Positions 10,265-19,492 of a stretch of 34,822 nt of DNA are shown piece after piece (the first letter of the stretch is position 1; every line of letters starts with the position of its first letter). Under the pieces are notes generated by a model. The model worked only from the letters and a program-made list of their open reading frames with translations. It had not been told where the DNA came from and ran no database searches. The DNA is taken from the sequence record SRR22947727_475, one strand, 5' to 3'. The translations under genes were made by a program, and so were the position numbers.

Positions 10265-10864
10265 ATGAATAATTATGACAGCGCTGAAGAAATGCAAGCA
10301 GCTGCAACAAAAATAGCTCCTATAAATAATTTTCATGGAAATATTAATAACTTTAATGAAGAAAATGCAACCATAATTACTGATTTATTCGACTTTGAAA
10401 CCTTGGATTACTATGCAAGAAAAAATTGTGAACTACCTATTTCTCAAGAAGAAAAACTAAAATATGAAACCGAATATAGAGGAGGACTCCAAGGAGATTA
10501 TTCATCTGAAATGGGATCCAAGGTTTCCAACGTAGTGGACTGTTTGAATAGTTTTCCACTATCTAAGAGAGCTGTCATTATGATGAATAATTCATGGTGG
10601 AAACATCAAGATACTGATGAAGCAAAGTGTTGCAGGGAGCTACATTTTTATCTAACAGAAGATGAAGAAAGTAAAAAACTTCTTTTAAACTGTACTGGAA
10701 TCTTTCGGGCACAAGCGGTAGACATCATGCCCAAAAATTTTTATTTTGTATATAAAATTACAGAACTTATTCAGAAGAAGTTAAATAATATGAACAGTGT
10801 TAAGTGTGAAATCGGCTCATACTCACATTTTGTGACGATACTTGTCCCCACGAGAAATGATTAA
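10265..10864 (+). CDS. Divergent thymidylate-synthase-fold protein
   Basis: SKRAVI...AKCCRELHF...LNCTGIFRAQAVDIMPKN...IGSYSHF follows the ThyA core order (SRR..PC..QF..QRSxD..PxN). Start placed at ATG 10265, after the MFS stop. Confidence 0.6.
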   Translation: MNNYDSAEEMQAAATKIAPINNFHGNINNFNEENATIITDLFDFETLDYYARKNCELPISQEEKLKYETEYRGGLQGDYSSEMGSKVSNVVDCLNSFPLSKRAVIMMNNSWWKHQDTDEAKCCRELHFYLTEDEESKKLLLNCTGIFRAQAVDIMPKNFYFVYKITELIQKKLNNMNSVKCEIGSYSHFVTILVPTRND

Positions 10865-10869
10865 ATCAT

Positions 10870-10983
10870 ATGAATTTTAGAAATATTATGGATTGGGTTA
10901 ATAATAAAAAAGTTTCAAAAAAAACTGCAGTTTTCGTCTTCATTATCATCTGGCAGTTAACTACTTTATTATTTAACTCCTAA
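10870..10983 (+). CDS. Putative 37-aa small membrane protein (not in ORF track)
   Basis: MNFRNIMDWVNNKKVSKKTAVFVFIIIWQLTTLLFNS: basic patch then hydrophobic helix; starts 5 nt after the previous stop. Confidence 0.45.
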   Translation: MNFRNIMDWVNNKKVSKKTAVFVFIIIWQLTTLLFNS

Positions 10984-10995
10984 AAAGTTGTATTG

Positions 10996-11191
10996 GCTGA
11001 TTAATAAAAAATGTTAGTAATTTTCCTTACAGTTATATTTTCGCTGATTTTTCTTTGGAACTTTCCAAACTTTACAGTTTTGATAGCTATTATTGGCTTG
11101 TTTATATCAATAAATTGGTTGTTAAAAAATAATAAGTATTACAAATGAAAAAAACATTAATTTTATTACTTCTAGTTTCTTTTTGTGGAGG
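10996..11191 (+). repeat. About 195-bp direct repeat, copy 1 (upstream region + small ORF + signal-peptide codons)
   Basis: Aligns almost without gaps to 12412-12606, from gctgattaataaaaa to ttttgtggagg. Confidence 0.93.
11011..11148 (+). CDS. 45-aa hydrophobic small protein, paralogue A
   Basis: MLVIFLTVIFSLIFLWNFPNFTVLIAIIGLFISINWLLKNNKYYK. ATGA overlap with 11145. Frame conserved in the second copy, with many synonymous changes. Confidence 0.7.
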   Translation: MLVIFLTVIFSLIFLWNFPNFTVLIAIIGLFISINWLLKNNKYYK

Positions 11192-12407
11192 AAGTGAAGA
11201 AGAGTTAAATCAGTCAACACAAAAAAATACTGATAATCCAGTGTCTGTTGTAGAAAAAGATGATGAACCTAATCAGGAAAATAATTCTACCCAAGAATCT
11301 GTTAAAATTTCAAACCTCAGAGCCAAGTGTGAGATATTTACAGATGCTTTAACTATCGAATCTGATGAGTACTTTTTCATTCTAGGAGACGATATATATC
11401 AACGTCATGAAGAATCCATGTACAACCATCCATCTGGAGCTCGAAATGGTCCCTTCCAAACCTGGACATTTCAAGATGCTGTAAGAATTTCATCGGAAAT
11501 CATTCCCGAAGAATTTGATAAAATTAATCCTTTTGAAAATGATATAGGAATCACCTGGGAAAAATTTGAAGAGTTTGCAGATGCACTTTGTTATGCCTAT
11601 GAAAACGATACTGGTTTAAGAGACGTAACAATCTTACATGCGGAACTAATGGGAAGAAGTAATGAGTTGTTAGCATTTGCTGGAAATTGGGAAAATTTTC
11701 CGTACATTGACACAGGAGCTGAAGTCATAGAATCGCCAAGTCCAGAAGGATTAGAGTTTTATACCAAATATACAACTACTTCAGGGGTCATTATTGTTGC
11801 AGGCCCGGATGTCTCAGATGAGGCGGTTTTAGCTAGTAGGCGCTCATTAGAGTATCAACTTTCTGCACGGCCAGACTTTCATAAAATTTTAGAAGATAGT
11901 CACGTCCGAGTTTCCCTTTTTGGACCAGATGGAGATAGTTCAGAGCTACCTGAATACACCGATCACGCCGAATACGGAGGGTTTGCGATGATGAGTACAG
12001 ATACTTCTATGACTGCTAATGCAGGTTGGGTTTGTTATGAAGGTAATCGAGATGAAGATGGTGACCCTGTAATTCATGAAATGGCTCACACATTAAACCA
12101 CATAGTATTTGAGTCAATAAATGAAATTTATTTTTATGAAAATATTTATAAATTAGCTGAAGAAGCATTAGAAAATGGTGATTGGGAAGAAGGAGCACAG
12201 GCAGTTGCAGAGGGAGTGCCTCTTAGTGACATGATTGGTGAGTTCTTTGCTATGAATACAGAGAATTTTATAATTAGTAATGATTCAAGTGCCAAATATG
12301 GAACCAGAGAGAATATTAGAAAATATAATCCAGCAATGTATGAACTATATGCGAGATACTTCCCAACTGAACCTTGGAGTTATTGTAATGACGGGGTTAA
12401 CAAGTAA
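11145..12407 (+). CDS. Secreted/lipoprotein-like acidic protein with zinc-peptidase motif
   Basis: Signal peptide MKKTLILLLLVSFCGG; VIHEMAH (HEXXH) and downstream GEFFA. Confidence 0.7.
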   Translation: MKKTLILLLLVSFCGGSEEELNQSTQKNTDNPVSVVEKDDEPNQENNSTQESVKISNLRAKCEIFTDALTIESDEYFFILGDDIYQRHEESMYNHPSGARNGPFQTWTFQDAVRISSEIIPEEFDKINPFENDIGITWEKFEEFADALCYAYENDTGLRDVTILHAELMGRSNELLAFAGNWENFPYIDTGAEVIESPSPEGLEFYTKYTTTSGVIIVAGPDVSDEAVLASRRSLEYQLSARPDFHKILEDSHVRVSLFGPDGDSSELPEYTDHAEYGGFAMMSTDTSMTANAGWVCYEGNRDEDGDPVIHEMAHTLNHIVFESINEIYFYENIYKLAEEALENGDWEEGAQAVAEGVPLSDMIGEFFAMNTENFIISNDSSAKYGTRENIRKYNPAMYELYARYFPTEPWSYCNDGVNK

Positions 12408-12411
12408 ATTA

Positions 12412-12606
12412 GCTGATTAATAAAAATGTTAGTAATTTTTCTCACAGTTGTATTTTCCCTAATTTTCCTTTGGAACTTTCCAAATTTTACAGTAGTGGTT
12501 GCCATTATTGCCTTGTTTCTAGCAAGTAATTGGTTGTTAAAAAATAATAAGTATTACGGATGAAAAAAACATTAATTTTATTACTTTTAGTATCTTTTTG
12601 TGGAGG
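12412..12606 (+). repeat. About 195-bp direct repeat, copy 2
   Basis: Near-identical to 10996-11191. Confidence 0.93.
12426..12563 (+). CDS. 45-aa hydrophobic small protein, paralogue B
   Basis: MLVIFLTVVFSLIFLWNFPNFTVVVAIIALFLASNWLLKNNKYYG. ATGA overlap with 12560. Confidence 0.7.
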   Translation: MLVIFLTVVFSLIFLWNFPNFTVVVAIIALFLASNWLLKNNKYYG

Positions 12607-13657
12607 TACAGCCGAACCCCTATCTACTTCAGTTGAGGAGAAACAACTAATAGTTGAAGAAGAGCTACCAAATGACGAAAAGCAGATACTTGAAGAGGAA
12701 TCAAAATTAGTTGAAAGTTCTGAAGATTCAGTTAATTCAATTTTCTGGGGAGCAACTGATGCACAGCCAGAAGTCTATGCTGCATCGGATGTATCTCAAG
12801 AAACAATTGAAATTACAGCTGAATGGGTTGATAAAGCTATTGAACTTTGGGGCAACTACGGGCCTCTCGAAATATGGATTGTCGGGGAAGGTAAAGACGA
12901 AGTCATAGCGCTAGATAAAAAATGGTGTGAGGTTAGAACACAAAAAGATCCTTCATGGAATAAAAAGTGGGATTGTGCAAACGGAGATCCTTATGATAGT
13001 GGTGATGGATGGTCTCCATTTTATAGATACGTTAACGAGGGAGGAGCTGCGGTAAGTTCCTACATCAGAGATTATATTGGATACTATTTCAACGCACTTA
13101 TCATGTCATCGAAATATCCAGGTCCTGAAGAGGAAGATTATAAAAAAGTAATTCTTCATGAATATTTTCATGTATATCAGCATGCAAATTTATCCGTACC
13201 AGCTACTGATAAAGATGGTGACTGGAGAACTAGTAATCGCAATATCTACTTTAACGGAGACGAAGTACAGGTTCCATTTTTAATGGAGGGTGGAGCAGAA
13301 TACATGGCACAATACTGGTATTCAAAAGAACCAGGAGTCGACCCAGGATATCTCAAACAAGAAATGCAGTACAAAGCTCAGACTATTGATGCATACCTTA
13401 ATGAAGGAAGAAGTTTAAGAGAGTTAGGGTATAACGAATCATTCCAAAGCTACGATGTTTTAACTTGGTTTGTTGCATACTTGATTCACAACACAAGCGA
13501 AGAAACCTTCAGAGTTAACTTTTGGACCCAAATTGAAGACTTAGGATTTGAAGAAGCTTTTAAATCTAATTTTGGCAAATCAGCTGATGAAATGATTGAT
13601 GAATTTGATGTTTGGGTTAGTCAGCCTGTTGAAGTTTTATTGGAGATAATTCCCTAA
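12560..13657 (+). CDS. Secreted/lipoprotein-like gluzincin-type metallopeptidase-like protein
   Basis: Same signal peptide MKKTLILLLLVSFCGG; ILHEYFHVYQ (HEXXH) and MEGGAEY (third-ligand motif). Confidence 0.72.
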   Translation: MKKTLILLLLVSFCGGTAEPLSTSVEEKQLIVEEELPNDEKQILEEESKLVESSEDSVNSIFWGATDAQPEVYAASDVSQETIEITAEWVDKAIELWGNYGPLEIWIVGEGKDEVIALDKKWCEVRTQKDPSWNKKWDCANGDPYDSGDGWSPFYRYVNEGGAAVSSYIRDYIGYYFNALIMSSKYPGPEEEDYKKVILHEYFHVYQHANLSVPATDKDGDWRTSNRNIYFNGDEVQVPFLMEGGAEYMAQYWYSKEPGVDPGYLKQEMQYKAQTIDAYLNEGRSLRELGYNESFQSYDVLTWFVAYLIHNTSEETFRVNFWTQIEDLGFEEAFKSNFGKSADEMIDEFDVWVSQPVEVLLEIIP

Positions 13658-13875
13658 CGGAAATTATCAAGCCAGCCTTTTCTCCAAGCAAAAAAAACAA
13701 CTGCACTCAGAAGTATTCCAGAAAAGAATGGTGGAATCCTTGATAGAAGAGTCACAAAAGCAGAAATTAGTAATAAATAATCAACATATCTCCAAAATTT
13801 ATTCGACAGACTTGGAATGAGATTAAAATATCTGAAAATAATTAAAACTAATCCAGAGGCTAACAAATAATACAT
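13654..13875 (-). CDS. Small hypothetical membrane protein
   Basis: 73 aa, hydrophobic; TATACT hexamer 7 nt upstream of the ATG on the minus strand. Confidence 0.6.
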   Translation of the reverse strand: MYYLLASGLVLIIFRYFNLIPSLSNKFWRYVDYLLLISAFVTLLSRIPPFFSGILLSAVVFFAWRKGWLDNFR

Positions 13876-13910
13876 CCCTTTAAGTATAGAATTGAAGGAG
13901 TTAAAAAATT

Positions 13911-14747
13911 ATGAAAAAACTAGCAATTGTTACAGGTGCAAACAAAGGTTTAGGGCTCTCTGTTGCTCAGAGATTAGTTCATGATAACTACAAGGTTATT
14001 CTTGCTTGTAGGGATAAAACAAAAGGACAACAGGCTGAAAAGTTTTTAGGAGAAGAAACAACATTTATAGAGTTAAATCTCTCAGATCCTAAAAGTATAG
14101 ATAATTTTTCTAATGAAATTTCTCAATCTTATAGCGGAGTAGATGTTTTGTACAATAATGCTGGATTAATTTATCAAGATTTCAATCTTACAGAAGAGGG
14201 ATTTGAGTCAATGATTGCAGTGAATTATTTTGGGACATACAGACTCACCTTAAAACTTCTAGATAATCTTCTTGAGAACAAGGGAAGGATGGTACAGGTT
14301 TCAAGCCTTTCAATGTACCTCGCAAGAAAAATACAACTAGAAAATCTTCACAGAAAGGAAAATTTTTCTTCAAGTACTCGATACAACTTAACCAATTTGT
14401 ATAGGTCAATGTTTGCTTATGAACTTGAAAAAAGAACTAGTAATAAAGTTTCTGTCGCAATTGCTCATCCAGGTATAACAAAATCAAGACAATCTAGGCC
14501 GTATAAAGTTACAAATATAAGGAAATCAGCCTTCACTTATATATCTACAAACATTAACACAGGAACGGAACCCATTCTCAAAGCAATTAACTCAAAACAC
14601 ACATCAGCTAAAAAAACATATGCACCCAGTGTTTTTGGTATTTATGGAAATCCCACAACAAAAAAACTTAACAAACTTGTTTATAAAGATGACTTGAGGG
14701 AAAAATTATGGAGTTATACGGCAGAAGAGTTAGGCCTAGATTTATAA
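13911..14747 (+). CDS. Short-chain dehydrogenase/reductase (retinol-DH-like)
   Basis: VTGANKGLG, LACRD, NNAG, VNYFG, VSS, HPG; SD AAGGAG. Catalytic motif reads YNLTN. Confidence 0.87.
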   Translation: MKKLAIVTGANKGLGLSVAQRLVHDNYKVILACRDKTKGQQAEKFLGEETTFIELNLSDPKSIDNFSNEISQSYSGVDVLYNNAGLIYQDFNLTEEGFESMIAVNYFGTYRLTLKLLDNLLENKGRMVQVSSLSMYLARKIQLENLHRKENFSSSTRYNLTNLYRSMFAYELEKRTSNKVSVAIAHPGITKSRQSRPYKVTNIRKSAFTYISTNINTGTEPILKAINSKHTSAKKTYAPSVFGIYGNPTTKKLNKLVYKDDLREKLWSYTAEELGLDL

Positions 14748-14768
14748 GTCAATACTAACTTTTCTTCA

Positions 14769-15254
14769 TTAACTCAAACTTTTGGCATAACCCCAAACTG
14801 AATAGTTATCTAAATTAATTGATCTTTCATTATGTTTATCTAATGCAGCAACAATCTGTGCTCTGTGCTCGCCTGCGTGAAAAATCATCTGAGAGAGAAC
14901 CTCGGAGACTTTTGCAGTTTGTTCACCTTTTGAAGTTGTGTAGGTAAACTCCCCATCTTCCCTATCAACATTTTCTATTAAACTTTTATCGATTCTGTTA
15001 AGTTGGGTAAGAAGCTCATCTATCATTTCTGAACCTTCAGTATTTTTTAATTCAAAACGGGAAAAAGGCTCACCATTTAATCTCTGCCCATATAAATGTG
15101 CAGCTCCTGCGATGTGAATCATGATTGTTTTAACAGTCCAATCAGGATCGACAACATAATAATCCAGAACTTTATCATCTAACTTTTGTACTTCTTTGTA
15201 AATTTCTTGGTTAGCCCATGCCATATGCTTAGCCATTAACTCTAGTGATATCAT
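14769..15254 (-). CDS. DinB-family protein
   Basis: HMAWAN...TIMIHIAGA...HAGEHRAQ. Confidence 0.82.
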   Translation of the reverse strand: MISLELMAKHMAWANQEIYKEVQKLDDKVLDYYVVDPDWTVKTIMIHIAGAAHLYGQRLNGEPFSRFELKNTEGSEMIDELLTQLNRIDKSLIENVDREDGEFTYTTSKGEQTAKVSEVLSQMIFHAGEHRAQIVAALDKHNERSINLDNYSVWGYAKSLS

Positions 15255-15547
15255 TTTTCCTCCAGTTCGGATATTCGTCTTTCTAAGTCCTTAGTTGTAT
15301 TCTTTAAATCCCCTATATCGTCTTGATTCTCTGCTGAGCGAACATATCTTTCATTTTGCCATTTCATTCCCCATTTGGTTACCCCTAAAGAGAAGACAGT
15401 GATAGGAACCATTACAAAAAGTGCAGCATACTCGCCACTAAAAATAATTGCTCCATTGATAACACCAAAAACTGCATACATGACATACATAACAACTTTT
15501 TCTATTGTTGAGACGGATCGTTTTTCTTTACTTGCTTGTGAATCCAC
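15251..15547 (-). CDS. Hypothetical membrane protein with C-terminal coiled coil
   Basis: Two TM segments plus heptad tail (LKNTTKDLERRISELE); ATGA-coupled to the DinB gene. Confidence 0.65.
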   Translation of the reverse strand: MDSQASKEKRSVSTIEKVVMYVMYAVFGVINGAIIFSGEYAALFVMVPITVFSLGVTKWGMKWQNERYVRSAENQDDIGDLKNTTKDLERRISELEEK

Positions 15548-15581
15548 ATGGTTATGGTACTAATTTGAATAGAATATATTT

Positions 15582-15986
15582 ATGAAAATAATAGTAATTT
15601 GTACCGGAAACACTTGTAGATCTCAAATTGCGGAGGGCTTACTTAAAAATAAATACCCAGATGCTGAAATTTACTCAGCAGGAACCCATCCTGAAACTCA
15701 AGTAAATCCATATGCTGTAAAAGCTATGGCAGAGATTGGCCACGATATTAGTCAGCAGTATCCTAAATTAGTTAATGATTTTATTAATCAGGAATTTGAC
15801 CATGTGCTCACAGTCTGCGACTCTGCAGAAGAAACTTGTCCAGTTTTTCCGAATACAAAAAATAGACTTCACAATTCTTTTATTGACCCCAGTAGATCTT
15901 CATATAATTCTGAAGATCATGCGTTGGAAGTTTATATAAATACTGTAAAAGAAATATCAAACTGGATAGACAACCTTAACTTATAA
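15582..15986 (+). CDS. arsC: Arsenate reductase (LMW-PTP/thioredoxin-coupled family)
   Basis: CTGNTCRSQIAEG, SAGT, TVCDSAEETCP, FIDP. Confidence 0.85.
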   Translation: MKIIVICTGNTCRSQIAEGLLKNKYPDAEIYSAGTHPETQVNPYAVKAMAEIGHDISQQYPKLVNDFINQEFDHVLTVCDSAEETCPVFPNTKNRLHNSFIDPSRSSYNSEDHALEVYINTVKEISNWIDNLNL

Positions 15987-16017
15987 CATCTAATCTATTT
16001 AGAAGAAGGGGGAATTT

Positions 16018-18543
16018 TTGAGAAAGTTCTTTAAGTGGTTAGTAGTCACACTTATTGGCATACAGGCACTAATCATAATTGTGGGAATAGTAATTTTTAG
16101 AATGCCTCTTCCAGATCATGAAATCGATGTTACTGGACTTCCGCTAACTGATTTTGTCGAAATCATAAGAGATGAAAGAGGGGTACCTCATATATATGGA
16201 ACAAATGTAGATGACATACTCTTCGCTCAAGGATATGTGCACGCTCAAGATAGATTTTGGCAACTTGAATTTTGGAGCCATCTAAGTACAGGTCGTCTTG
16301 CATCTTTAATTGGAGAACCTGGTGTTGGTGCAGACTTATTATTTAGGACATTTGGTTTTCATAAAGTTGCTCTTGAAGAGTACGAAAACCTAGAGCCTGA
16401 ATTCAAGAATGACTTAATAAACTACACAGCTGGAATTAATGCTTATATTGAATCACGACCGCAAAACAGATTAAGCCTTGAACATTTTGTTCTTCAGTTT
16501 TTAAACCCAGACTATGTCGTAGATACCTACGAACCTCATTATCCATTAGCTTGGGCAAAAATGATGGCTTACGACTTGAACGGCAATTATAGATCAGAGA
16601 TTTCAAACTCAAAAACATACAATACATTAACTCCAGAGATAGCAGATTTACTTGTTCCACCATTCCCAGATGAACACCCATATATAGTTGAAGAGTGGGA
16701 AGGGAAAGGCTCATTTGCCTCCATGGGAAATTCAAAAAATTTCCAACAGATGACTCAGTCCTTTTTTATTAAATATGTAACAAAAGATATGCAGACAAAC
16801 CAGTCATTAGGGTCTAATTCATGGGTAGTAGACGGTACGCATACAGATACAGGAATGCCACTCTTAGCTAACGATCCACATTTATCAGTGCAGCTGCCTG
16901 CAATCTGGTATGAAAATGGTTTACACTGCTTTCCTAAAAACCGTGATTGTGAATTAGATTCAGTCGGATTTTCATTTGCTGGTTCACCTTATGTGATCAT
17001 TGGTTACAACAGTGATATTGCATGGGGGTTTACAAATATGGGTCCAGACGTACAAGACTTATTTATTGAAAAAATTAATCCTGGAAATGAAAATCAATAC
17101 CAAGTTGATGATGTCTGGATGGACATAGAGAGAACAACTGAAATAATCGAGGTTGCAGGTTCGGAACCCATAGTTATTGAAGTAAGAGAAACACACCACG
17201 GCCCAATTGTTTCAGATAGAAGTTTTCCAATAAATCTAATTTCCGAAGACGGAGAAAGTACTTTTAGAGAAGAAGCAAGGATTAGCTTGCCTGATGATTT
17301 TGCAGTCTCACTTTCATGGTCAGCCTTAACCCCAGGAGAAACTTTCGTAGGAATTAGAGATTTCAACTATGCATCAAACTGGGAAGAATTTAGAGAGGCA
17401 ACTAAGAAGTTTCACGTTCCTGCTCAAAACTTATTGTATGCAGATAGAGATGGCAATATTGCTTATCAATCACCTGGAAAATTACCAATTCGAAGAGAGG
17501 GTTTATTGGGAGATTTACCAATCGAAGGTTGGATAAGCGAAAATGATTGGCAGGGATTTGTTGCTTTTGAAGATTTACCATTTACCTTAAACCCATCTTC
17601 TGGATATATTATTACTGCCAATCAGTCTGTTCATCCAGATCAACCATGGCCAAATTACTACTCAAGAGGTTATAGAGCCGAAGCTATAGAAAGAGTAATT
17701 AATCAGTATATGGTAGATAAGATTTCTATAGACGATATGCAGACCATGCAAATTAATAATTTTGATTACTCAGCTGCTTATGTTTTACCCTATGTTTTCA
17801 ATAATGTGTATATTGATTCACAAGTTCTGACCGAACTTAAAGAGTGGGCTATAAGTGAAGAAAAGTTCGAAATGAACAAAGAGTCTACAGGAGCAGCTGC
17901 TTGGGCGGTATTTTACAAAACTTTAGCTGAACAAACTTTTGAGGAATTAGTAGTCTTTGATAATGCCGGTAATGAGATATCACTTCAACCGGGTAACTCT
18001 GATTCAACATCTGAAATATTTAGAACTCTGCTTAAAGATCCGAATCATATTATGTGGGATGATGTGAACACTTCAGGTAAAGAGAACTTAACTGATATTT
18101 TGGAAAGAACATTAAATATTTCTGATAAGGTGATAGTTGAGATTTTTGAATCTTCAGATAGCAAAGATTGGGAGTGGGGAAAAATACATACCATTACGTA
18201 TCCAACAAACTTATTAGGAGAAGCAGGAATCCCAATACTCACAGGTCTGGTAAATATTGGCCCTGTTGAAACAAGTGGATCCAACTTTGCCATAAACTCA
18301 ACAGACTGGGGTTTTGGAGATGATTTTACAATAGGGAGTTATCCTTCTATGAGAATGGTTGTTGATTTGAGTAATTTAGATAATTCAAGAACAGTACTTC
18401 CATCAGGACAATCTGGTCACGTCATGTCTAAGTACTATGATGACCAAGTTGATAATTGGATAGAAAATGATATGTATGCAAACTATTTTTCACGAGAAAT
18501 GGTTGAATTAAACCAAAAAGATTTAATGTATCTTAGGCCTTAA
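16018..18543 (+). CDS. Penicillin-acylase-family Ntn hydrolase with N-terminal membrane anchor
   Basis: RDERGVPHI, AQGYVHAQDRFWQ, GSNSW (beta-chain Ser nucleophile), LANDPHL, SGQSG. TTG start after SD GAAGGGGG. Confidence 0.92.
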   Translation: MRKFFKWLVVTLIGIQALIIIVGIVIFRMPLPDHEIDVTGLPLTDFVEIIRDERGVPHIYGTNVDDILFAQGYVHAQDRFWQLEFWSHLSTGRLASLIGEPGVGADLLFRTFGFHKVALEEYENLEPEFKNDLINYTAGINAYIESRPQNRLSLEHFVLQFLNPDYVVDTYEPHYPLAWAKMMAYDLNGNYRSEISNSKTYNTLTPEIADLLVPPFPDEHPYIVEEWEGKGSFASMGNSKNFQQMTQSFFIKYVTKDMQTNQSLGSNSWVVDGTHTDTGMPLLANDPHLSVQLPAIWYENGLHCFPKNRDCELDSVGFSFAGSPYVIIGYNSDIAWGFTNMGPDVQDLFIEKINPGNENQYQVDDVWMDIERTTEIIEVAGSEPIVIEVRETHHGPIVSDRSFPINLISEDGESTFREEARISLPDDFAVSLSWSALTPGETFVGIRDFNYASNWEEFREATKKFHVPAQNLLYADRDGNIAYQSPGKLPIRREGLLGDLPIEGWISENDWQGFVAFEDLPFTLNPSSGYIITANQSVHPDQPWPNYYSRGYRAEAIERVINQYMVDKISIDDMQTMQINNFDYSAAYVLPYVFNNVYIDSQVLTELKEWAISEEKFEMNKESTGAAAWAVFYKTLAEQTFEELVVFDNAGNEISLQPGNSDSTSEIFRTLLKDPNHIMWDDVNTSGKENLTDILERTLNISDKVIVEIFESSDSKDWEWGKIHTITYPTNLLGEAGIPILTGLVNIGPVETSGSNFAINSTDWGFGDDFTIGSYPSMRMVVDLSNLDNSRTVLPSGQSGHVMSKYYDDQVDNWIENDMYANYFSREMVELNQKDLMYLRP

Positions 18544-19492
18544 TAGATTTTTCAGTTCTAAAAAAATTAAAGAAACTTAAAGTTGCGACTGCGCAAAGTA
18601 AATGCCAAACCATATGTGCCTGTAGCCATGAATCTGGTTCACACCATGGATGTTCTGGAACACCAGTTTCCCAGATAATAAGCGCTCCAAAGAATGAAGC
18701 AACACCAATAAAGAACCATGGAGTGTACTTTCTTTTAGTACCTTTTTTTAAATTAGGAATTAATGCTGGAATAAAATATAAAAACATCTCCCAGTTTTCT
18801 TGTATGTTCTGCATAGAATCAATAACCGGACTACCAAATAGTTGTTGAGTTAATAAGACAGTTAAACCAGAAAGTAGTCTCCCATAAATATTTGGCATCT
18901 TTACCAGTACCTCAGTTGCAATCCATAAACCAATACTAAGTTCAAATAAGTCAACACCAATCCCTAATCCGCTATCAAGATACCAATAGCTATAGGCGTA
19001 ATATGCTAATAGAGTTAAATATGTTATGAAGAATGACTGTGAAGAGAATTTTGTAAGTTTTTTTAAGTTATAAATCCACAAAATAAGAACATAAGAAATC
19101 ATTGATACATTGTCTAACCACGCGCCAAATCTAGTATGAGTTCCATGCATAGCCATTGAAGCTGGTCCTAAAAAGGTTGAGGCTGAGGCATAAAGAAGAG
19201 CAATCTTGAATGATCCAAATAGAGGGGTATTTCCCTGTGTTGCATCTTTTGAAAGTCTGAAAAACATATACAAGCCGACAACTACAAATCCTAAGTTTCC
19301 TAAGGTATTAGCTGGTTCTCTAAAGAATCCACTACTTACACGTTCACACCACCTAGAAACCTCACCAATAGCTTGTTCATTTTCTGCTGCTGGTCCCCAG
19401 CCGTTATAACCAAAGAATGCAAAGAGTAAAAATGTAGTGAAAATACTTATTAAAGCAAGTGAGAAAGGATTAAGTTTATTTCTTTGCAGCAT
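18533..19492 (-). CDS. Ceramidase-like (CREST superfamily) membrane hydrolase
   Basis: WCE...EPANTLGN, SMAMH...D, HMVWH metal-binding pattern; multiple TM segments. Confidence 0.8.
   Translation of the reverse strand: MLQRNKLNPFSLALISIFTTFLLFAFFGYNGWGPAAENEQAIGEVSRWCERVSSGFFREPANTLGNLGFVVVGLYMFFRLSKDATQGNTPLFGSFKIALLYASASTFLGPASMAMHGTHTRFGAWLDNVSMISYVLILWIYNLKKLTKFSSQSFFITYLTLLAYYAYSYWYLDSGLGIGVDLFELSIGLWIATEVLVKMPNIYGRLLSGLTVLLTQQLFGSPVIDSMQNIQENWEMFLYFIPALIPNLKKGTKRKYTPWFFIGVASFFGALIIWETGVPEHPWCEPDSWLQAHMVWHLLCAVATLSFFNFFRTEKSIKA

Noticed and set aside
10265-10864. Calling this gene thyA
   Set aside because: The RSxD and HxY motifs and much of the folate-binding region are not recognisable.
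10996-12606. The 195-bp repeat as an IS end, integron attC site or structured ncRNA
   Set aside because: No terminal inverted repeats, transposase or integrase; the substitution pattern fits protein coding.
4414-15986. Arsenic-resistance operon (aquaporin + CDF transporter + arsC)
   Set aside because: The genes are about 10 kb apart, with no arsR, acr3 or arsB and no shared operator visible.
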